In this document: positions 38,772 through 48,339 of the stretch, piece by piece
Numbering within the stretch: the stretch's first letter is position 1
Layout: the number at the start of each line of letters is the position of its first letter
Assembly (NCBI GenBank): GCA_965222155.1
Contig: CBDCTH010000004.1
Location: 96,001 to 160,000, forward strand
From: Gammaproteobacteria bacterium
GTDB taxonomy: Bacteria > Pseudomonadota > Gammaproteobacteria > Eutrophobiales > Eutrophobiaceae
Length of the DNA: 64,000 nucleotides
Direction: 5' to 3'
The notes under the pieces: model-generated
Told to the model about the DNA's origin: nothing
Seen by the model: only the letters and a program-made list of their open reading frames with translations
Databases searched by the model: none
Made by a program: the position numbers and the translations under genes

Positions 38772-39158
38772 TCACCAGAGACGGCGAACGCCGTATTGGT
38801 CGAAAAGCGTCTCAATCGAGATAAGAACAAGGTTGCGTGCAAGCGCTTGGGAGATAAGCATTCTATCGAACGGATCGCGGTGGGGACCAGGCAACTCACC
38901 GGCGCGTCCGGCGTCGTCTACGGTAATCGCCAGTTCTTCAAAGCCTTGGCCGGAAATTGCCCCGGCAATGTCCAGCGCGACAATCTCAGCGTTTCGAAGT
39001 TTACCGAGACGGTGCTTGGTTGCGATTTCCCAAGCCGAGGCTGCGCTCACCAGCACATCGTTCGCTTCATTTGCAATCGCCTGGCGGGCCTGCTGCGACA
39101 ACCTTTCGCTTCCGGCGAGCCACCACAGAAATGCGTGGGTGTCCAGTAGGAGCCGCAA
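38772..39158 (-). CDS. vapC: VapC PIN toxin (paralog of 19373-19759)
   Basis: LLLDTHAFLWW, HRDPFDRML. Confidence 0.92.
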   Translation of the reverse strand: MRLLLDTHAFLWWLAGSERLSQQARQAIANEANDVLVSAASAWEIATKHRLGKLRNAEIVALDIAGAISGQGFEELAITVDDAGRAGELPGPHRDPFDRMLISQALARNLVLISIETLFDQYGVRRLW

Positions 39159-39161
39159 CGC

Positions 39162-39395
39162 TCACGCTTCCCAGGCAGACAGTTCCGTTTCCGGGAGCGG
39201 TTCGAAAAAGCTGTCGTCGATCGTGATCTGCCCTGCGAGAATACCAAATTCCCGTTTGCCCCGATGTTGACAGCCGACAAGGCGCGCAACCGGCTTGCCA
39301 TTGCGAGCAATAACGACCTCCTGGCCGTCCTCGACTTGCGCGAGCAGACGTGACAACTGGGTCTTCGCTTGATGGACATTCACTATTGACATCAC
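39162..39395 (-). CDS. Phd/YefM antitoxin
   Basis: VNVHQAKTQLSRLL. Confidence 0.92.
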   Translation of the reverse strand: MMSIVNVHQAKTQLSRLLAQVEDGQEVVIARNGKPVARLVGCQHRGKREFGILAGQITIDDSFFEPLPETELSAWEA

Positions 39396-39642
39396 TGGTT
39401 CCTTGAAAAGGTTTAGCTAATTATATAGCTAATGTTTATATTATGTCAAACAGCTTTTTTGACAACAAATATTCTTACGGCGAAACAGAATTGCCGTTTG
39501 TTTAAATTTAAACAGGTATCTATAAGATTTTGCTTCATTTATCAGGGTACTTATGAAAAACTTTAATTCGTCGTTGCTGCGGAGAGTTTGTCGACTTGAT
39601 AAATTGTTACAGGTGTAACAGTAAGATAACCGGAAGAACAAG

Positions 39643-40704
39643 ATGTCTTTAGGCCCAATCATGCTGGACCTGCGCGGCCCTGAGTTGGAAGCCGACGAGC
39701 GGGAGATGTTGCTGCATCCGCTGGTGGGTGGGGTCATCCTGTTCGCCCGGAACTATCAAGACCCGGAAACATTGATTTCGCTGACGTCCCGGATCCACGC
39801 TTTACGCAACCCCGCCTTGTTAATTACCGTGGACCATGAGGGAGGGCGGGTACAGCGCTTTCACCATGGATTTACCCGCCTGCCTCCCAGTCGCTGTTTC
39901 GGTGATCTCTATGATCTTGATGAGGCAAGGGCCTTGGCGCTTGTTGAGAATGCCGGCTGGCTGCTGGCCGGCGAGTTGCTTTCGGTCGGTGTTGATCTCA
40001 GTTTTACCCCGGTGCTGGACTTGAATTCCGGGGTGAGTTCATTTTTAGGCGATCGCGTCTACCATCGCTCCCCGGATGTTGTAGCGCACCTGGCGCAACG
40101 ATTGATGAAAGGTATGCGTAGCGCCGGCATGATGGCGGTGGGCAAACACTTTCCGGGCCACGGCAATGTCAAAGGAGATTCTCACCATGAGGTTCCGGTG
40201 GATAACCGCAGGTATGAAGATATAGTGATGGAAGATTTGCTGCCTTTTGAACGTATGATCAACGCGGGTTTGGCGGCAATCATGCCGGCGCACGTTATTT
40301 ACCCTCATGTGGATGATAAACCCGCCGGATTCTCCCCACTGTGGTTAAAACAGGTACTACGCGGCAGGCTGAATTTCCAGGGTGTGATCTTCAGCGACGA
40401 TATCAGCATGGCTGGCGCCGAGGTTGCCGGGACTTATACGGAACGGGCATACAGCGCGCTGGATGCCGGTTGTGACCTGGTCCTGGTATGTAATAATCAG
40501 CCTGCGGCCATAACGCTGCTGGATGAGCTGAAGGTCAACGCTGACCCTGCATCCCAACTGAGGCTGATGCGTATGCATGGTGCTAACACCTTGTCATATA
40601 AAGACTTGTGCAACAATGAAAGACGTTTACGGATCGCAAGTGAGATATCTGAACTGGACGTGGCGCCGGAGTTGGAGTTGGATGATGACGGCATTATGTC
40701 GTAA
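39643..40704 (+). CDS. nagZ: Beta-N-acetylhexosaminidase
   Basis: DHEGGRVQR, KHFPGHG, DSH, FSDD. Confidence 0.96.
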   Translation: MSLGPIMLDLRGPELEADEREMLLHPLVGGVILFARNYQDPETLISLTSRIHALRNPALLITVDHEGGRVQRFHHGFTRLPPSRCFGDLYDLDEARALALVENAGWLLAGELLSVGVDLSFTPVLDLNSGVSSFLGDRVYHRSPDVVAHLAQRLMKGMRSAGMMAVGKHFPGHGNVKGDSHHEVPVDNRRYEDIVMEDLLPFERMINAGLAAIMPAHVIYPHVDDKPAGFSPLWLKQVLRGRLNFQGVIFSDDISMAGAEVAGTYTERAYSALDAGCDLVLVCNNQPAAITLLDELKVNADPASQLRLMRMHGANTLSYKDLCNNERRLRIASEISELDVAPELELDDDGIMS

Positions 40705-41605
40705 CTGTTTCGCTATCTTTCTGCTGTTGTTCTTGGCGGGTAGTCTTTTATCCGCGGAGCTTGACTGCCGGCCCCTGCAGATAAAAGAAATTCCCTATCC
40801 CGGTCCCGATGAGTTCGGGCAGGGATTGTTATGGAAGGTGACCAGGGAAAATCTGCCGCCGAGTTATGTGTTCGGCACCATCCACGTTGCGGACAGAAAC
40901 GTCAGCGCGCAACTGGATAAGATCAGGGACCTGTTGGCTGACAGCGAGGTTTTTATCATGGAAGCAATCCCTGAGCCGGGTGGCATTGCCTTGTTGCGGC
41001 AGATGATGTTCTTCAATGACGGCACAAAGCTGCAAGACGTCATTTCAGCCGACCTTTATGCAAAAACGCTTGCGGTGTTGAGCGCGTACCACCTGAGGGA
41101 GACGGATGTATCAGCCATGAAACCCTGGGCCGCCTACCTGACCATGAGTTATCCGGCAGACATGGGCCTCATACTGGACCAGCAATTGCTGCGCCTGGCC
41201 CGGGAGACGGAGGTAACTGCCGGGGGCCTGGAATCAATGGTGGAACAAGGCAACCTGTTCAATAGTTTTTCACTCGCCGATCAGGTACGATTATTAACTG
41301 ATGCCGTCTGCCACCGTGAGCTGTTGGTGGATGATTTTGCAAAAATGATCTCGTTATATATGGACGGGGACCTTGCGGGATTGTTTTCCTACGGCCAGCG
41401 TTACTCGTTCAGCGATAATACGCTGTACGAAACCCTGACGGAAAAATTGCTCACCAGGAGAAACCACTTGATGGTGGAAAGAATGCGGCCGGCATTGGAG
41501 AGAGGCAAGGCGTTTATCGCTGTGGGCGCCTTGCATCTTCCTGGAGAAGAGGGCGTGCTGGCTTTGCTGGAACAGCATGATTTTGATATAACCCGGGTAT
41601 TCTGA
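40682..41605 (+). CDS. TraB/GumN family protein
   Basis: Signal peptide, SYVFGTIH, GLES, RN..M, AVGALHL.G..G. Confidence 0.88.
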   Translation: MMTALCRNCFAIFLLLFLAGSLLSAELDCRPLQIKEIPYPGPDEFGQGLLWKVTRENLPPSYVFGTIHVADRNVSAQLDKIRDLLADSEVFIMEAIPEPGGIALLRQMMFFNDGTKLQDVISADLYAKTLAVLSAYHLRETDVSAMKPWAAYLTMSYPADMGLILDQQLLRLARETEVTAGGLESMVEQGNLFNSFSLADQVRLLTDAVCHRELLVDDFAKMISLYMDGDLAGLFSYGQRYSFSDNTLYETLTEKLLTRRNHLMVERMRPALERGKAFIAVGALHLPGEEGVLALLEQHDFDITRVF

Positions 41606-41627
41606 TGACTGACATGACGAGGCTATA

Positions 41628-42728
41628 GTGGACTTTAATCAATTTGCCGCCGACACCTGGCGCTATTTCGTGAATGAAGCATGGATAGTGCAGGTCTTTA
41701 TCCTTGTTTTTGTAACCTTGCTGATTGACTGGTTGCAGAAACGGGTGATAGCAAAATTGCAGGTGCGGGCTGAAAAGACCCGGCTCCCCTGGGACAGCGC
41801 GTTGGTGGAAACCGTCGGCAAGCCGTTGACCGTATTGATCTGGCTTATTGGTATAACCCTGGCTGCCGATATTGTCAAACATGAGACCGGGGCGGTTATT
41901 TTCGAGATCGTAGACCCGGTTCGCGAGGTGGGTGTAATCGCGGTCATCGGCTGGTTTTTAGTCAGGTTCATACAACGGGCCGAAATGCACTTCCTCAGAA
42001 TACGCGTAGAGGCCGGAATGCCGGTTGACCGGACTACCGCCGATGCCATAGCCAAGTTATTGCGTATATCGGTTCTGATTACCGCGTTTCTGGTTATATT
42101 GCAGTCTTTGGGATACAGCATTTCCGGGGTGTTGGCCTTTGGCGGCGTCAGCGGTATCGTAGCCGGGTTTGCAGCCAAGGATTTACTGGCTAACTTTTTC
42201 GGCGGTTTGATGATTTACCTGGACCGGCCTTTTGAGGTGGGAGACTGGATACGTTCGCCGGATAAGGAGATAGAGGGCACTGTGGAATATATTGGATGGA
42301 GATTAACTCGTATCCGTACCTTTGACAAAAGACCGTTATACGTCCCAAATTCTGTATTTGCCAGTATTGCCGTGGAAAATCCAGAGCGGATGACCAACCG
42401 GCGTATCTACGAAACCATAGGGATTCGCTATGATGATGCAGGCAAGATGGCCGCGATTACCCGGGACGTAAAACAGATGTTGCGCAACCACCCGGAAATT
42501 GATACGAACCAGACCATGATCGTCAATTTCATCGCGTTCGCGCCCTCATCACTGGATTTTTTTGTTTATACATTTACCAAAACGACTGAGTGGATCAGGT
42601 TCCATGAGATCAAGGAAGACGTTATGCTGAAAATTATAGAAATTGTCGAGCGGCACGGCGCTGAATGCGCCTTTCCCACCTCGACGATACACATCGCCCG
42701 CGAACAGGACAATGTGCCTGAGCACTGA
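41628..42728 (+). CDS. MscS family mechanosensitive channel
   Basis: GFAAKDLLANFFGG, RPFEVGDWI, VPNS. Confidence 0.93.
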   Translation: MDFNQFAADTWRYFVNEAWIVQVFILVFVTLLIDWLQKRVIAKLQVRAEKTRLPWDSALVETVGKPLTVLIWLIGITLAADIVKHETGAVIFEIVDPVREVGVIAVIGWFLVRFIQRAEMHFLRIRVEAGMPVDRTTADAIAKLLRISVLITAFLVILQSLGYSISGVLAFGGVSGIVAGFAAKDLLANFFGGLMIYLDRPFEVGDWIRSPDKEIEGTVEYIGWRLTRIRTFDKRPLYVPNSVFASIAVENPERMTNRRIYETIGIRYDDAGKMAAITRDVKQMLRNHPEIDTNQTMIVNFIAFAPSSLDFFVYTFTKTTEWIRFHEIKEDVMLKIIEIVERHGAECAFPTSTIHIAREQDNVPEH

Positions 42729-42737
42729 TCGGTTTCC

Positions 42738-43565
42738 ATGTTACTGAAGTTCACGAAAATGCACGGGCTGGGCAATGACTTTGTGGTCATTAACGCATTG
42801 GAACAGGCCGTTGAGTTGGACAGGGAACAAATTCGCAGGATTGCGAACCGCAGGCTTGGGATCGGTTGCGACCAGCTACTGGTGATTCGTCCGAATCGAC
42901 ATGAGCAGGCGGATTTTCTTTGCAGTATTTATAATTCGGATGGCAGTGAAGCCGAACATTGCGGTAACGGCATACGTTGCGTAGCTGCTTTCCTGAGGAA
43001 TAACGGTCTCATCTGCAAAGATGAGCTGGTTGCCGAGACCGGGGCCGGATTGGTAAAACTTTACTTTGAGGGCGATAACGTCAGGGTCAATATGGGCCGG
43101 CCCAATTTCAAACCGGCGGCTATCCCGCTTGCCGCTACCGAGCAGCAACAGCTCTACAATTTCGAGGTGGATGGAAAGGACATTGAGGTCGTAGCCTTGT
43201 CGCTGGGCAACCCCCATGCTGTTTTACTGGTTGATGACGTTGACAGCGTCCCTGTTACCGGGATTGCCCCGCAGGTTCAACGCCATGCCTTGTTTCCCAA
43301 TAGTGTAAACGTGGGGTTTATGCAAGTCCTGGATAATTCACATATCAGGTTGCGTGTATATGAACGCGGCGCCGGTGAGACGCTCGCCTGCGGCAGTGGG
43401 GCCTGTGCCGCCGTGGTCGCCGGAATTAAAGTGTATAATCTTGACAGGAATATCGAAGTATCATTGCCTGGCGGCAGTTTGGCGGTATCATGGGCGGGTG
43501 ATGACAAGCCGGTTTGGATGACGGGACCGACTGCAACAGTATACGAGGGAAGTATTAACTTATGA
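42738..43565 (+). CDS. dapF: Diaminopimelate epimerase
   Basis: KMHGLGNDF, CGNG.RC, GNPH, ERGAGETLACGSG. Confidence 0.97.
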   Translation: MLLKFTKMHGLGNDFVVINALEQAVELDREQIRRIANRRLGIGCDQLLVIRPNRHEQADFLCSIYNSDGSEAEHCGNGIRCVAAFLRNNGLICKDELVAETGAGLVKLYFEGDNVRVNMGRPNFKPAAIPLAATEQQQLYNFEVDGKDIEVVALSLGNPHAVLLVDDVDSVPVTGIAPQVQRHALFPNSVNVGFMQVLDNSHIRLRVYERGAGETLACGSGACAAVVAGIKVYNLDRNIEVSLPGGSLAVSWAGDDKPVWMTGPTATVYEGSINL

Positions 43566-44263
43566 GTATGACAGAAAAAATTTCAGACGGACCCTCCGTG
43601 ACTGCTGAAGACGTTGAAAGTTATCTCGAGAATAACCCGGATTTCTTTCTTGGCCGGCCGGAACTCCTGGCCGAACTATCCATACCACACACGTCCGGCG
43701 AAGCTGTCTCCCTGGTGGAAAAACAAGTCAAGATACTGCGTGAACAGAACGAACAAGCCCGCAAACGACTGCATGAATTGATAGAAATAGCCAAGCTGAA
43801 TGAAGACCTGGCGCACCGGATGCACCACTTGGTGTTGACCATGATAGATGCAGGCAATCCTGAAGAGATATTCAAGACACTCTACGAAAACCTGAAGCGT
43901 AATTTCAGGGCTGAGAAGGTGGCGGTAAGGTTGTTTGCCCTGTCGCCGGAAACCGAAGCTCATGCCATGGCCGAGTTCGTCGGGAAACAGGCAGAGGCGG
44001 CAAAGTTGTTTGAGACATTGATTGAGAAGCGTCTGCCGACCATAGGAGCGCCGGACACGGCACAACAGGCATTTTTGTTTGGCCCGGACAGCGCTGATAT
44101 TACATCCGTGGTATTGGTCCCTTTGCGCGGAAGCAACTGGGGGGGCGTAATGGCAATCGGTAGCCGGGACCGGGATCGTTTCCAGAAAAGCATGGGAGTT
44201 GAACTGCTGGCAAATCTTGGTGAGATGCTCAGCTTCATCCTTAAACCCTGGATAGTCGCATAG
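43562..44263 (+). CDS. DUF484 (YigA-like) protein
   Basis: YL..NPDFF, AVSLVEKQ; located between dapF and xerC. Confidence 0.9.
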   Translation: MSMTEKISDGPSVTAEDVESYLENNPDFFLGRPELLAELSIPHTSGEAVSLVEKQVKILREQNEQARKRLHELIEIAKLNEDLAHRMHHLVLTMIDAGNPEEIFKTLYENLKRNFRAEKVAVRLFALSPETEAHAMAEFVGKQAEAAKLFETLIEKRLPTIGAPDTAQQAFLFGPDSADITSVVLVPLRGSNWGGVMAIGSRDRDRFQKSMGVELLANLGEMLSFILKPWIVA

Positions 44264-44264
44264 C

Positions 44265-45158
44265 GTGAAACAATCCGAAGTCGCCAAGATCGATGCGTTC
44301 CTGGGGACACTGCTACATCTCTCAGGTCATACGCGCAAGGCTTATGCCGGTGATCTTGCATTTTTTTTGGATTATTGCAATCAACTCAATGTGAACGGTT
44401 GGCGCGATCTGGACGGCCGGCAGATACGGGGATATGTCACGCAAAGACACAGGAAGGGAATAGGCGGGCGGAGTTTACGGCGCAACCTGTCTTCAGTCAG
44501 GGCGTTCTACAGGTACCTGTTAACCAGGGGCGAAGTAACACAGAACCCGGCAGAAGGGATCACTACGCCCAGAACGGAAAAGAGACTGCCAAAAACACTG
44601 GATGTGGAACAGTCTGCCCGGTTGGTGGAGATCAAGGGAGATAAGGAACTGGCTGTGCGTGACAGGGCTATCCTGGAATTGATGTATTCATCGGGACTGC
44701 GATTGTCGGAATGTATCGGACTGGACCTGTACAGTGTAGACATCAGGGACCAGCTGGTAACCGTCAGGGGGAAAGGAAACAAAACGCGCAAGGTGCCGGT
44801 GGGGAGATACGCCCTGGATGCAATCAGCGCCTGGCTGAGAGTGAGGCCGCAGTTGGCGGCACTGGAAGAGACTGCCTTGTTCGTCAGCGTCCGGGGCAAC
44901 CGGATCAGCGCACGTTCCGTTCAGCAACGCTTGCGCCATTGGGCGCTGAAACAGGGTCTGGATACCCACGTGCATCCGCACATGCTGCGTCATTCATTTG
45001 CCACACACATGCTCGAATCCAGCGGCGATCTCAGGGCGGTACAGGAATTACTGGGACACGCCGATATCAGCACCACGCAAATCTACACCAACCTGGACTT
45101 CCAGCACTTGGCTAACGTATATGACCAGGCCCACCCCCGGGCCAGGAAGAAGAGTTGA
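44265..45158 (+). CDS. xerC: Tyrosine recombinase XerC
   Basis: SGLRLSE, HPHMLRHSFATH, LLGHADISTTQIY, HPRA. Confidence 0.96.
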   Translation: MKQSEVAKIDAFLGTLLHLSGHTRKAYAGDLAFFLDYCNQLNVNGWRDLDGRQIRGYVTQRHRKGIGGRSLRRNLSSVRAFYRYLLTRGEVTQNPAEGITTPRTEKRLPKTLDVEQSARLVEIKGDKELAVRDRAILELMYSSGLRLSECIGLDLYSVDIRDQLVTVRGKGNKTRKVPVGRYALDAISAWLRVRPQLAALEETALFVSVRGNRISARSVQQRLRHWALKQGLDTHVHPHMLRHSFATHMLESSGDLRAVQELLGHADISTTQIYTNLDFQHLANVYDQAHPRARKKS

Positions 45159-45177
45159 GGTCAGTCTATTGATTTAA

Positions 45178-45317
45178 GCCACAGAGGACACAGAGTAAAA
45201 CAGGACAGATTTAATCTGTAGTCTGTCATTCTTGAATAGCGGGTAAAATGAATTGGCAAACATGCAGGTTACCTATGCATTAACAAGCTTCTCGATTCAC
45301 TCTGTGTCCTCTGTGGC
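45178..45317. repeat. Inverted repeat pair GCCACAGAGGACACAGAGT / CTCTGTGTCCTCTGTGGC
   Basis: Direct reading between convergent xerC and smpB. Confidence 0.8.
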
Positions 45318-45346
45318 ATCCTGGAATGACATTCCTCGCCAGCCCT

Positions 45347-45820
45347 TCAGCGGCTCTTCAGCAGGCGCCGTTTTTGCAGTTGCCAGTCCCGATCCCGTTC
45401 AGTCTGACGTTTGTCATGGACTTTTTTACCCTTTGCTACGCCGATTGCCAGCTTGGCCCGGCTGCTTTTCCAATACATCGTCAGCGGGATCACGGTATAA
45501 CCCTGCCGTTCCACTGCGCTGGTCAGCCGGTTTATCTCAGCACGGTTCAGCAATAATTTCCGGGTCCGTTGCGGGTCGGTTTTAATGTGCGTCGAAGCCG
45601 TCGGCAAGGGTGTGATCAAGGCGCCGAACAGAAAAGCCTCCCTGTCTTTCAACAGGATATAACTTTCATTGATCTGTATTTTACCGGCACGCAGGCTTTT
45701 CACTTCCCATCCTTCCAGGGCCAGACCGGCCTCGAATTTATCTTCGATATAAAATTCAAACCGCGCCTTTTTATTCAGGGCGATTGTATTTTCCGGTGTT
45801 TTGCTTTTCTTTTTTGTCAC
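45347..45820 (-). CDS. smpB: SsrA-binding protein
   Basis: [34 protein letters not shown]. Confidence 0.97.
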   Translation of the reverse strand: MTKKKSKTPENTIALNKKARFEFYIEDKFEAGLALEGWEVKSLRAGKIQINESYILLKDREAFLFGALITPLPTASTHIKTDPQRTRKLLLNRAEINRLTSAVERQGYTVIPLTMYWKSSRAKLAIGVAKGKKVHDKRQTERDRDWQLQKRRLLKSR

Positions 45821-45889
45821 CAGTATTCATGCGGGAAATAGTCACCTGGAGTATAGCATTTCATGGGTGTCCTGATTTCACCACCCACC

Positions 45890-46119
45890 GGGGACAGATT
45901 TGAAATCTGTCCCCTTTCTCTTGTGGACGATTTGTGGGTATCCCAAATCTAATGCGTCCGTCATTCCGGCATTCGCCGGAATGACGGCTACTCTGGATTT
46001 CCATCCTTTGGTCCGTTAACGGCACATCCCCCTGCTTACAGCATGCAGAGCCTGCCCTGTCATGCCGTAAGCCGGGGGGCAGGCTATGTGCCACTACTCG
46101 GCATTCGCCGGAATGACGA
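45890..46119. repeat. Cluster of palindromic repeats (GGGGACAGATTT, CGTCATTCCGGC, CCCCCTGCT/AGCCTGCCC classes)
   Basis: Direct reading; CGTCATTCCGGCGAA(T/C)GCCGGAATCCAGT recurs at 52687-52765 and 63634-63662. Confidence 0.8.
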
Positions 46120-46222
46120 TGGGTTGGATTCAAATGTATGCGTTTGTCTTGAATAGTTATGGAAGCAGGCTTGTGTAACACGGGAATATCCCGCAGAATT
46201 GTTGGAAACGGAGAGAGGGTAA

Positions 46223-47590
46223 ATGGCTACTAATCGTACTTCTATTCATGGTCAGTGGTCGTCAAGGTGGATATTCATCCTGGCGGCTACCGGGTCTGCC
46301 GTCGGCCTGGGCAATATCTGGCGGTTTCCATACATCACCGCGGAACATGGCGGCGGCGCTTTTGTGTTGATTTACCTGGTCTGTATCGTCCTGGTGGGTT
46401 TGCCGATTATGATGTCCGAGATCATGCTGGGACGGCGCGGGCGCCGGAGTCCCATCCACACCATGGCGGTCCTGGCTGAAGAAGAAGGACACAGCAAACA
46501 CTGGCGTCTGGTCGGTGTACTGGGGGTGTTTGCCGGATTTTTTATCCTGACCTTTTACAGCATCGTGGCCGGCTGGACCCTGGCATATATCGTGCGCGCC
46601 GCGTCAGGCATATTTACCCAGGCAAGCGCGCAGAACACACAGGATATTTTTACCGCGCTGGTGTCCGACCCGGAGCGGCTGCTGGCCTGGCACACCATTT
46701 TTATGATCATGACCGTGTTTGTCGTATCAAGAGGGGTAAAAAAAGGATTGGAGCAGGCTGTGCGTTATCTGATGCCTGCCTTGTTTCTGCTGTTGCTGTT
46801 CCTGGTAGTTTACTCTATGACCACCACAGGTTTTTCCAAGGCCGTGTCATACCTGTTCAAGCCGGATTTCAGCCAGATCGGGGCCTCCACCATACTGGTT
46901 GCTTTAGGCCAGGCATTTTTCAGTTTAAGCCTGGGTATGGGCGCCCTCATGACTTACGGTTCCTATCTCTCCGAGCGCACCTCCATTCCCGGTACGACAG
47001 TGACCATAGCGGTGATGGATACCAGTGTTGCGCTGCTGGCCGGCCTGGCCATATTTCCCATCATGTTCAGTTTCGGCTTGCAGCCGGAAGAAGGCGGACC
47101 GGGGCTGATATTTAAAATATTGCCGATAGCGTTTGGCCAGATGGCTTACGGGCGTGTCCTGGCCGTGATTTTCTTTACCCTGTTAATGTTTGCTGCCTGG
47201 ACCTCAGCCTTGTCCATACTCGAGCCCATCACCGCCTGGCTGGTGGAAAAGACGGGTTATACCAGGGCGAGGGCGGCTATCTGCGCCGGGGGTGTCGCCT
47301 GGTTACTGGGATTAGGCTCTTTGTTGTCCCTGAACCTCTGGTCCGAGGCAAAGTTGTTCGGAATGACTTTCTTTGGCCTGATGGAGCACCTCTCAGTCAA
47401 TATCATGCTGCCTGTAGGGGGCTTGTTGATATCCGTGTTTGCTGCCTGGTTTGTGTCGAAGTCATCCTCGTTTGCCGAATTGAAATTGAACAAAAACGCC
47501 TATCTGGCCTGGAAAGTGACCGCCATGTTTATCGCTCCGGCCGGGGTGATTTTAATCCTGTTGCAGGAACTGTTCGGTTTTCTGGGCTGA
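46223..47590 (+). CDS. Sodium-dependent transporter (SNF/NSS family)
   Basis: GSAVGLGNIWRFPY, GGGAF, QAFFSLSLG. Confidence 0.95.
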   Translation: MATNRTSIHGQWSSRWIFILAATGSAVGLGNIWRFPYITAEHGGGAFVLIYLVCIVLVGLPIMMSEIMLGRRGRRSPIHTMAVLAEEEGHSKHWRLVGVLGVFAGFFILTFYSIVAGWTLAYIVRAASGIFTQASAQNTQDIFTALVSDPERLLAWHTIFMIMTVFVVSRGVKKGLEQAVRYLMPALFLLLLFLVVYSMTTTGFSKAVSYLFKPDFSQIGASTILVALGQAFFSLSLGMGALMTYGSYLSERTSIPGTTVTIAVMDTSVALLAGLAIFPIMFSFGLQPEEGGPGLIFKILPIAFGQMAYGRVLAVIFFTLLMFAAWTSALSILEPITAWLVEKTGYTRARAAICAGGVAWLLGLGSLLSLNLWSEAKLFGMTFFGLMEHLSVNIMLPVGGLLISVFAAWFVSKSSSFAELKLNKNAYLAWKVTAMFIAPAGVILILLQELFGFLG

Positions 47591-47591
47591 T

Positions 47592-48029
47592 GTGGGTCAG
47601 GTAAACAGGACAACCGTTGTGCCGTTCACGTCCGAGCAGATGTTTGCGCTGGTGAACGACGTTGTATCCTATCCCGGATTTTTACCCTGGTGCAGCGCTG
47701 CCGAGATCGAAGACGCCGGTGAAAACTACCTGATAGCGACGATTACCCTGTCCTGGGGCAAGATACAACAATCGGTGACCACCAGGAATACCCTGCAACC
47801 GGGCAAGCGGATTGATATGGAACTGGTCAGGGGCCCGTTACGACAGTTGTACGGCGCCTGGCGATTTGATGACGTTGCCGACGGCCAATGCCGGGTGAGC
47901 CTTGATATGGACTTTGAATTCAAAAACAAAATTCTCAAGCTGGCGCTGGATAAGGCGTTCGGCCATCTGACGTATTCATCAGTTGACGCGTTCAGGAACA
48001 GGGCGAAGCAGGTATATGGAGGGCGTTGA
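47592..48029 (+). CDS. ratA: RatA/PasT START-domain protein
   Basis: MFALVNDV.SYP.FLPWC, GP...L.G.W.F. Confidence 0.9.
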   Translation: MGQVNRTTVVPFTSEQMFALVNDVVSYPGFLPWCSAAEIEDAGENYLIATITLSWGKIQQSVTTRNTLQPGKRIDMELVRGPLRQLYGAWRFDDVADGQCRVSLDMDFEFKNKILKLALDKAFGHLTYSSVDAFRNRAKQVYGGR

Positions 48030-48321
48030 TGTCCGGCAAACGCCGTTGGCGTCTGTCGAGGTTGAGATCGTCTATGGCAAGACCGGAGCTGCACAGGTAA
48101 TCAGACAGCAAGTCCCGGGCAGCGCGACGCTGAGGCAGGCTATCGAACAATCGGGGATCCTGGAAATGTACCCTGACATCGACCTGGACAGTAATAAAGT
48201 CGGCATATTCAGCAGGAAAAGGGAATTATATGATCGAGTGAAAGCCGGTGACCGAATTGAGATTTATCAGGCATTAAAGGTGGATCCCAAAGAGGCGCGC
48301 CGCCGGCGTGCAAAAAAATGA
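48016..48321 (+). CDS. rnfH: RnfH/RatB ubiquitin-like protein
   Basis: VGIFS, GDRIEIY..L..DPKEARRRRA. Confidence 0.9.
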   Translation: MEGVDVRQTPLASVEVEIVYGKTGAAQVIRQQVPGSATLRQAIEQSGILEMYPDIDLDSNKVGIFSRKRELYDRVKAGDRIEIYQALKVDPKEARRRRAKK

Positions 48322-48339
48322 TTGGCTAGGCGGATACCC

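Noticed and set aside
44265-45158. Island integrase
   Set aside because: The dapF-DUF484-xerC context and motifs identify housekeeping XerC.
45160-45346. tmRNA gene next to smpB
   Set aside because: The interval is too short and lacks the GGGGC 5' end and TCCACCA 3' end; it contains only an inverted repeat.
47592-48321. RatAB as part of the TA island
   Set aside because: Conserved core locus near smpB/bamE; RatA is a Coq10-like START protein.
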